A stretch of DNA of 33,493 nucleotides from an uncultured Paracoccus sp. GTDB taxonomy: Bacteria > Pseudomonadota > Alphaproteobacteria > Rhodobacterales > Rhodobacteraceae. Both the position numbers and the translations under genes were made by a program. Under the pieces are notes generated by a model. It had not been told where the DNA came from. It worked only from the letters and a program-made list of their open reading frames with translations, and searched no databases. The DNA is taken from assembly GCA_937859005.1 (NCBI GenBank), contig CALLYR010000606.1, positions 1-33,493 of the forward strand. Reading direction: 5' to 3'. Positions 27,659-33,493 of this stretch are shown piece by piece (positions within the stretch are counted from its first letter, which is position 1; every line of letters begins with the position of its first letter).

Positions 27659-27715
27659 GGAAACACATGCGCCGCCGGTTGTCGTGATCGGCGGCGCTCG
27701 CGTGTGGCGAGCGCC
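27659..27715 (+). repeat. Second copy of the hairpin motif found before tailspike 1
   Basis: GGAAACACATGCGCCGCCGGTT (27659-27680) vs GGAAGCACACGCGCGCCGCCGGTT (22773-22796); both close with GGCGGCGC. Confidence 0.6.
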
Positions 27716-27740
27716 ACAGCAGCGCGATCGAGGATCTTCC

Positions 27741-28028
27741 ATGACCATCTTCACCCATCACGTCGGCTCTGCCGATCCGCTGATCTTCAAGCCGCTCCAG
27801 CCGGACGGCACCATGCCCGACCTGTCGGATGCGCGGATGGAGTTGCGCGTCCGGGTGGGAGGCCGCTGGACCAGCTTTCCCGGTGTCCCGGCCGAGGACG
27901 GCTTTGCCGTCGATCTGAACGACCTGCCGCCGCATCGCTTCGTCTATCCCGCGCGCATCCGGTATTACTGGGGCGAGAGGTGGACCCATGGCGGCGATGT
28001 GAAACTGCACATCATGGGAGAAACCTGA
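27741..28028 (+). CDS. Small beta-rich protein, possible BppU-like/Ig-like adaptor (95 aa)
   Basis: GAGGA RBS; DGTMPDLSDARMELRVR pattern; TGA/ATG coupled to tailspike 2. Confidence 0.6.
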   Translation: MTIFTHHVGSADPLIFKPLQPDGTMPDLSDARMELRVRVGGRWTSFPGVPAEDGFAVDLNDLPPHRFVYPARIRYYWGERWTHGGDVKLHIMGET

Positions 28029-30199
28029 TGCCCGACATCGTCAAGAGTGTGGTTGGCTTTCGCGGCTTTCCGGGGCGCGATGGCGTCGTGACGCCGGAAC
28101 TGGCCGATCTGCACGCGCAGACAGTGGCGGAGGCAGAGCGCGCGCAAGCCGCAGCGGCAATCGCAGCCGCTGAAGCCATTGCTGCCGCGCAGCCTGGAAT
28201 AGAGGAAGCAGTCCAAAGCGCCGCCGCTGCCGCCGCGTCAGCCGCAGCGATGCAGGCTGTCGGGGCCGCACAGCCGCAGATCGAGGCCGCGACGCAGCAG
28301 GCGGCCACCACGGCGGCGCAGGACGCGGCGGCGGCGGTTGAGGCGTCCATCGGCACGGCACGGCAGGACGCCATCACAGCCGCCACGACCGCGACGCAGG
28401 CAGCCAGCACGGCGGCGCAGGATGCGGCGGCGGCGGTTGCCCCGGCGGCGGCCGATGCGATCCGCGCACAGGTGGCGGCGGATGCGGATCGGGCGGAAAC
28501 GGCGGCGTCCCGCTACGAGGAAGTGCCCGTCCCGGCCATCGGCCAGCTTGTCGATGCCACCGGAGTGCCATTCCTGTGCGCTGACCTCGCAGGCGGGCTT
28601 CACCTGCCGGGCTTGCGCGGCAAGTCCGTGCAGGATCACTTGCGCGATCAAGGTCAGCGCGTGACCGCTGCAACCACGGCTGCGGAAGCAGGCGCGCGGG
28701 CCGCTGAAGCCATCGGGGACGTTGCCGCCCCTGCCCTTCGTCGCTCCACCGACGCGCAGCATCGGGTGCATGATGTCGTGGACATGATGGGCGGGCTGCA
28801 CCTGCCGGGGCTTGGCGGGAGGTCCGTGCAGGAGCATGTGCGCGCCCTGCATGAGAAACTGGTGCAACAGGCACGCCAGATCGCCTATGCGACCGTGGTG
28901 GACGCGGTGCGCGACCTCGGCTGCGACCCAAACGGGCGCAATAACTGCGATGCCATCGTCAACGCGGCCATGGTCAAGCTGTCAGCCGCGACCACCGGAC
29001 CCGCGACCATCTATTTCCCGCGCGGCACCTATCGGCTGGCGAATGAGGTCAAGCCAGAGCGGGGCGTCAGCATGGTTGGGGAGAGCCGGGATGCCGTTAC
29101 CTTCCTGCCGGTCGCGCGAAAGGCGGCATTCCAGCGCATCGGGGAGGTCTATCTGGAACGCGCCATGTTCGTGAATTTCACGGTGGACGGCGCGAACCAG
29201 CCGCTCGGCGGGGGCTACAGCGTCGGCGTGAAGGGGATGTTCTTCCAGGGCTTTCGCCTCTGCGTGTTCCATCATCTGCGGATCGTCAACACGGGGGCGA
29301 CGGGCCTCGGGATTGACTTCGCGGATGCTTCGCTCATTACCGAAAACATTGTGGACAACTGCGGGCGCTTGGCCGTGTTCGGGGAATATGGGGCATCCGG
29401 CATCGGGATCGGCACCGGGCGGTTGCAGGACGAGCCGCTGATCGTCGCGAACAACATGTGCCGGGACAACACCAATTACGGCATCTTCGTGGAGCGGCAG
29501 GGCGCAGCCGATGTGCTGCATGACGCCCGCCACACCATCATTGCCGACAACATCAGCGCCCGGAACGGCTACGGGATCGGAGAGGCGGGGGCGGACGGCA
29601 CGCTAATTGTTGGCAACCAGATCACCGACAACACCGCCGCCGGCGTCACGATGCACCGGGGCACGGTCGCGGCGTCCCATGCGGGGTTGATGACCCAGAT
29701 CAGCGGGAACCATATCGCGCGTAACGGCGGGCGTGGCGTGGAGTTCAACGTGGTGTCTGGGTCCACGGGGCCGCGCGGCTATGCCAGCGACGGCAACCGC
29801 ATTGAGGGCAACGGTGGGGCGGGGCATTTCTTCGCCAATGCAAACGCCGGGGCAACCGATGACCTGGCGATCCGAGGCGACGAGATCATTGGCAACGGCG
29901 GTCCTGGAATCCATTGGGCGGCGGGCAGCCTGACCAACGCCGACATCCTCGCCCCGCGCCTGATCCGCAACACCGGTCCAGCCATCCGGATCGATGCGGC
30001 CCTGACAGGCGGGCGCATCTGGGGCGCGACCATGCGCGACCTGCGCGGCGGCACGGCCACCCAGACAGCCGGCATCATCGGCAACGGCGCGCTGACCGAC
30101 TTCGACATTGCCGAGTGCCAGTATGTCGGCCCGGCGTCTCCCCTCAACCTGACCGGGCCGCAGACGCGCGTGACCCTCGGTCGCAACCCAGGACTCTGA
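28028..30199 (+). CDS. Tailspike-like protein 2, right-handed beta-helix with Ala-rich stalk (723 aa)
   Basis: Ala/Gln coiled-coil region; DAVRDLGCDPNG...TIYFPRGTYRL, GVSMVGES, NFTVDG; Asn-ladder rungs (ITENIVDNCG, IVGNQITDN, ISGNHIARNG). Confidence 0.85.
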   Translation: MPDIVKSVVGFRGFPGRDGVVTPELADLHAQTVAEAERAQAAAAIAAAEAIAAAQPGIEEAVQSAAAAAASAAAMQAVGAAQPQIEAATQQAATTAAQDAAAAVEASIGTARQDAITAATTATQAASTAAQDAAAAVAPAAADAIRAQVAADADRAETAASRYEEVPVPAIGQLVDATGVPFLCADLAGGLHLPGLRGKSVQDHLRDQGQRVTAATTAAEAGARAAEAIGDVAAPALRRSTDAQHRVHDVVDMMGGLHLPGLGGRSVQEHVRALHEKLVQQARQIAYATVVDAVRDLGCDPNGRNNCDAIVNAAMVKLSAATTGPATIYFPRGTYRLANEVKPERGVSMVGESRDAVTFLPVARKAAFQRIGEVYLERAMFVNFTVDGANQPLGGGYSVGVKGMFFQGFRLCVFHHLRIVNTGATGLGIDFADASLITENIVDNCGRLAVFGEYGASGIGIGTGRLQDEPLIVANNMCRDNTNYGIFVERQGAADVLHDARHTIIADNISARNGYGIGEAGADGTLIVGNQITDNTAAGVTMHRGTVAASHAGLMTQISGNHIARNGGRGVEFNVVSGSTGPRGYASDGNRIEGNGGAGHFFANANAGATDDLAIRGDEIIGNGGPGIHWAAGSLTNADILAPRLIRNTGPAIRIDAALTGGRIWGATMRDLRGGTATQTAGIIGNGALTDFDIAECQYVGPASPLNLTGPQTRVTLGRNPGL
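28309..28845 (+). repeat. Internal coding repeats in tailspike 2
   Basis: 32-bp near-identical repeat at 28309 and 28408 (TAAQDAAAAV, 99-nt period); GGLHLPGL.G.SVQ.H.R at 28592 and 28790 (198-nt period). Confidence 0.8.
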
Positions 30200-30200
30200 C

Positions 30201-31502
30201 ATGGCCCTCCAACTGCGCACTCTCGCGACCTTCGCCGCGCCCAGCGACATTCCGGCGCGCGCCCCCATGCCGGACGATGCGGCGGGCTATGTCGATTTCA
30301 CGGCCAACCTGCACATGACGGCGGCGGCTGCCGAAGTCTCGAATGCCTCAGCGCTGGTGTTTTCGCGCGACAACACGCCCCGGTCCGGCCTCTACTACGG
30401 GCGCGAGGGACTGGCGGCTGGCGCACATACTACGTGGGACCGGATAGAATACGATGCTGCGGGAAACCCGCTGGGCCTGCTGGTCGAGCAGACCTGGACG
30501 CAGATCGTCACGGATGCGATGCGCACCAATCTCGCACTCGGAACGGCAGTCGGGGCAGCGGTCGCAGCCAGCGGCATGGCGGAACAGCCTTGGGCGCAGT
30601 GGTATGCGGTCACGCCATCCGGCGCTGGCGAGGCCAGCCTGACGCTGACCACCGCCAGCGTGACGGCCAATCACTACGTCTATATACACTTCGATGTGCG
30701 GGGTGAGGGCGTGGTGCAGGTCGGGCTGAACGACGCCGGGATTACGGGGTTTGCCAATTTCGACCTGACCGCTGGCGAGGTCTATCGCAGCGATACATCG
30801 ACGGGGGCCAGCATGATCCGCCGCCCCGGTGGCGGGTGGACGGTCATGGTGCGCCTGCGCTGGGGGGGCGCAGCGGGTGTGAGCCATCCCTATGTCGCCT
30901 CCGTCGCCAGCCTGACCACGGGACTGCGCGGTGCGTCGGGACGGGCGTTCGACTTACGCGCGCCGCGTGTAGCGGCCAACGCCTCGGGCGGCTTGCCGGA
31001 GAGGTCGGCTTTCGAATTGTTCAAGCGCGAGTCGGACCTGATCTTTCCCGTGGCAGGGCTGATGGACCTGGCGGGCGACTTCACCTGCGCCTTCCGGGCG
31101 CGCAGCGGGTTCTTCAACGACCGCAGTGGGGCGAGCCTGTTCCTGCTGCGCAACGGGACGACCAGCGGGACCGAAATCCGGTTCAATGCCACTAATACCC
31201 TGATCGCGCGGCAGACCAGTGGCAACCTGATCGTGGCCGAGAACCCGTCGATCCGCTGGACGCCGGAGACGATCTATCGCGTCGGCGTGTCGCGCAGGGG
31301 CAGCCAGATCGCGGTCATGGTCAACGACCTGCACATAGGCTTCGACACGGGTGCGGCGGTCGCGGACGCCACGCCGGAGCTGTTCGGATCGTGGGACACA
31401 TCCGGCAGTAATAGCTGGTCCGGGCATCTCCAGAAGTGTATCTGGTGGTCACAGGGGCGCGCACCTGCCGATCTCGCAGCGCTGGTGGACCGCTGGCTGT
31501 GA
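30201..31502 (+). CDS. Virion fibre/spike protein with C-terminal LamG/concanavalin-like region (433 aa)
   Basis: RIEYDAAGNPLGLLVEQ motif of phage fibre proteins; C-terminal DFT...YRVGVSRRGSQIAVMVN...WSGHLQKCIWW. Confidence 0.65.
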   Translation: MALQLRTLATFAAPSDIPARAPMPDDAAGYVDFTANLHMTAAAAEVSNASALVFSRDNTPRSGLYYGREGLAAGAHTTWDRIEYDAAGNPLGLLVEQTWTQIVTDAMRTNLALGTAVGAAVAASGMAEQPWAQWYAVTPSGAGEASLTLTTASVTANHYVYIHFDVRGEGVVQVGLNDAGITGFANFDLTAGEVYRSDTSTGASMIRRPGGGWTVMVRLRWGGAAGVSHPYVASVASLTTGLRGASGRAFDLRAPRVAANASGGLPERSAFELFKRESDLIFPVAGLMDLAGDFTCAFRARSGFFNDRSGASLFLLRNGTTSGTEIRFNATNTLIARQTSGNLIVAENPSIRWTPETIYRVGVSRRGSQIAVMVNDLHIGFDTGAAVADATPELFGSWDTSGSNSWSGHLQKCIWWSQGRAPADLAALVDRWL

Positions 31503-31780
31503 TCCGCCTGCTCCGCGCCCTGTTTGCCAGCCCCGATGCCGAGCGCGACCCGGCGGCATGGGCGACGCGCATGGCAGCGCATGTCGGCGTGGGCGCGGTG
31601 CTATGACTGCTGGTCTGACCAGTCGAGCCGCTGGAGATGTTCATCCTGTGGCCGACATCTGGCAGCGCGTTGTTTGAAAACACATTGGCAGCCCTCAAAA
31701 GGGGCTGCTCTGTCGACTCGCGTCGCGAAAGAAAACCGTGCATAATTTCACTGGCGCCTTCCTGGCGCAGGAGAGTCGAA
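31499..31780 (+). pseudogene. Decayed small membrane-protein gene (3' boundary uncertain)
   Basis: GTGA-coupled start; MIRLLRALFASPDAERDPAAWATRMAAHVGVGAVL*LLV*PVEPLEMFILWP with in-frame TGA at 31604 and 31616. Confidence 0.5.
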
Positions 31781-31783
31781 GGC

Positions 31784-31978
31784 ATGAAGCGCTCAGCCAA
31801 GACATCCGGCTCGTCTGCCGACGCCTATGAGCGGCGGTATGAACGTCTGCTGCGATATCTGATGAAGAGACGCCGTCGCACGTTGAAAGAGTCGAGCGAG
31901 GTGGACCTTGAAGTCAGAGACGCAAGAAGAAGCATCAGCCAAGGTGCGCGAAGGACAGACCACAGATTCCGTCTTTGA
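31784..31978 (+). CDS. Small basic protein (64 aa) overlapping the next gene
   Basis: AGGAGAG upstream of ATG 31784; MKRSAK...RRYERLLRYLMKRRRR...GARRTDHRFRL. Confidence 0.55.
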   Translation: MKRSAKTSGSSADAYERRYERLLRYLMKRRRRTLKESSEVDLEVRDARRSISQGARRTDHRFRL

Positions 31979-32852
31979 TTTTCTCTATCACGATGGTCGC
32001 CGGGTTGCGTCCTTCCTTGCACAGTTCGATCCTTCAGGAAGCGTGACACAGATTTCTCAAGGCACAGCTGCAGAGCGCGTGAAAGCGGATATCCAGAAGC
32101 TGGAGGGGACGGCCAGCATACCTGCTGTAGCGAAAGGTGTTATGACCAGCACCGACGAGGTTCGGAACCGGCGGCAGGATGAAATCATGCGCGTGTATGA
32201 TCCCATGTGGGCCAACGCGCGCGAGCTGCTTGACCTTCTTGACAAGCGCGGAATGATCCAACGGGATCTTGCGAATGCCAGGCTTGGCCAGATCGTTTTG
32301 GCGTCTGGATCGCTAGACATCTATGACTTGAAGATCATGTCAGGAATATGGAGTCTCAATTCGATAAAGAAATCGATTGCGGCTGGCCAAAGTCAGTGGC
32401 CGAAGCTCAGCAAGGCGGTGCAAAGCACCCCTGCCGGGAAAAGGTTGAAGGCCGAGTTTGATCAGGCCCAAAAGGCAGCGAAAGATGGGATGGAGCTCTT
32501 CATAGAGATGGCGCCCAGTCTCCCGCACTCAGCACATGCTGTGGTCCAAACTATCAACGAAGAGAAACTTTGGTGTAATATCGACCCATCCGGACTTTCC
32601 ATGTCACCATCCGATATCTTGTTGAAACATGGAATCGCTGTGCCCGGCGAGTGGGTGATCTTAGGTATACTTGATGCTGTGCCAGAACCTGTTGAAATGA
32701 GGAACAGGCCACAGACACCTGACGGACAGGAGATGGTAGTTAAAGTATTCGAGACGCTTGCCCCAATAATCAGAACCTTCTTCGGAAGGCCTGAAACAGC
32801 GTATGGGATAACACCTCTGTTAATTTTTCGGGAAACCTCGGCACCTACCTAA
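31908..32852 (+). CDS. Accessory protein of unknown function (314 aa; alternative start GTG 31944)
   Basis: Long low-GC ORF; DFLYHDGRRVASFLAQF near N-terminus, GEWVILGILDAVP, FGRPETAYGITPLLIFRE at C-terminus. Confidence 0.8.
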   Translation: MKSETQEEASAKVREGQTTDSVFDFLYHDGRRVASFLAQFDPSGSVTQISQGTAAERVKADIQKLEGTASIPAVAKGVMTSTDEVRNRRQDEIMRVYDPMWANARELLDLLDKRGMIQRDLANARLGQIVLASGSLDIYDLKIMSGIWSLNSIKKSIAAGQSQWPKLSKAVQSTPAGKRLKAEFDQAQKAAKDGMELFIEMAPSLPHSAHAVVQTINEEKLWCNIDPSGLSMSPSDILLKHGIAVPGEWVILGILDAVPEPVEMRNRPQTPDGQEMVVKVFETLAPIIRTFFGRPETAYGITPLLIFRETSAPT

Positions 32853-32890
32853 CACAGGGGCCGCCCCAGAGATGCCGTATTGAACCACTG

Positions 32891-32927
32891 CGCCCCCGCC
32901 CGGTCTACCGGTGCGGGGGCGTTTTTT
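32891..32927 (+). terminator. Rho-independent terminator
   Basis: CGCCCCCGC...GCGGGGGCG stem followed by TTTTTT. Confidence 0.85.
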
Positions 32928-32967
32928 GCGTTTCAGGGGGCGGATCATGCTCGGAATTATTCCGGCG

Positions 32968-33336
32968 CTATTCCTTGGCAGGCGGCGTCAGGTTCGACAC
33001 GCTGTCGATCAGCACCGTGATCTGCGTCCCATCAAGGCGAATCGCACCCGTCACATCGGCCGCGCAGCCGTCATCGGGCTCGCCATAGCCCTTCACTTCG
33101 CAAGCCTCGACCGCTTCCAGCGTGGGCCGGTCAACCGCCATCTCGGCGCGCAGCGAAGGCCCATGCTGCGGCTGGAAATAAATGCCCAAGCTCTTCATGA
33201 GGCCGATCCGGCCCGACGAGGAGAAGTCCTTCCCGTCGATGGTGCGCACGAGTTCGACCAGATCGGGCTTGTCCTGGGCGGCAGCTGCGCCGGGCAGGAG
33301 CGCTATGGCGATCAGTGCGGCAGAAAGGGCGTTCAT
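32968..33336 (-). CDS. Secreted/periplasmic protein (122 aa) of unknown function
   Basis: AGAGGA RBS; signal peptide MNALSAALIAIALLPGAAAA|QD; two Cys; beta-rich. Confidence 0.75.
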   Translation of the reverse strand: MNALSAALIAIALLPGAAAAQDKPDLVELVRTIDGKDFSSSGRIGLMKSLGIYFQPQHGPSLRAEMAVDRPTLEAVEACEVKGYGEPDDGCAADVTGAIRLDGTQITVLIDSVSNLTPPAKE

Positions 33337-33438
33337 GGCTATCCTCTTTGTCCAATGTCCTAAAGGTGCGATGCACGCCCGGGCCGTTCAAGCGGCTCGG
33401 ATGCGGATGAAAATGCGGGGGGTATCCGGCTGCAACGG

Positions 33439-33451
33439 TCCTCCGCTACCA
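33439..33451 (+). other. Candidate attR core: duplicated tRNA 3' end (tRNA-Met-like)
   Basis: TCCTCCGCTACCA ends in discriminator + CCA with no tRNA body upstream; GGGGGTAT just upstream; near-IHF AAACCCCTTGATT at 33455-33467. Confidence 0.6.
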
Positions 33452-33493
33452 TTTAAACCCCTTGATTTGAAATCCAGATTTATGGACCCTCCG

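Larger units (their letters stand above)
1..33451 (+). mobile_element. Temperate prophage, late region: lambda-like head plus P2-like contractile tail; left part lies outside the window
   Basis: Continuous co-oriented run of terminase, portal, protease, capsid, baseplate, sheath, tube, tape measure and endolysin genes, ending at a tRNA-3'-end-like sequence. Confidence 0.95.

Noticed and set aside
27704-28027. 5' extensions in the ORF track (27704, also 4203, 4538, 9219, 17493, 20107, 21644, 31637)
   Set aside because: They overlap upstream genes; downstream starts have an RBS or stop/start coupling.
28140-28510. CRISPR-like or non-coding repeat array
   Set aside because: Repeats are in-frame Ala-rich coding sequence with no regular spacer pattern; same for the PE linker at 19167.
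22836-31502. Diversity-generating retroelement or invertible tail-fibre switch
   Set aside because: No reverse transcriptase, invertase, adenine-specific template/variable repeat pair or flanking inverted repeats seen.
31604-31618. TGA-to-Trp recoding
   Set aside because: TGA is the normal stop for most genes here; nonsense decay is simpler.
33380-33451. Complete tRNA gene
   Set aside because: Only the last 13 nt resemble a tRNA; no T-loop GTTC or D-arm upstream.

Overview
The window holds the late (morphogenesis and lysis) half of a temperate, GC-rich contractile-tailed prophage, probably alphaproteobacterial (inferred from composition and gene style). It runs from the packaging region to what appears to be the right attachment site. 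The head module is lambda-like: small and large terminase, portal, gpW-like protein, S49 protease with a nested scaffold start, decoration protein and gpE-type capsid. The tail is P2-like: V, W, J, I, short fibre, sheath, tube, chaperone with an intact -1 frameshift, tape measure, U, X, D. The accessory part (about 19-33.4 kb) is unusually glycan-centred. It has a clan GH-A glycoside hydrolase on a Pro-Glu linker, an amidase lysis block with no recognisable spanin, two large beta-helix tailspike-like genes each preceded by a similar hairpin motif, and a LamG/fibre-like gene. Between the two tailspikes lies an opposite-strand, lower-GC two-gene moron (hexapeptide O-acetyltransferase plus an asparagine-synthetase-like amide ligase lacking Cys1) that may modify the host surface glycan. 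The right end has a decayed gene, an overlapping small-basic/large-unknown gene pair, a secreted protein, and a tRNA-3'-end-like core (TCCTCCGCTACCA). All calls come from motif recognition and synteny by eye; no database searches were run, and GC statements are visual estimates.
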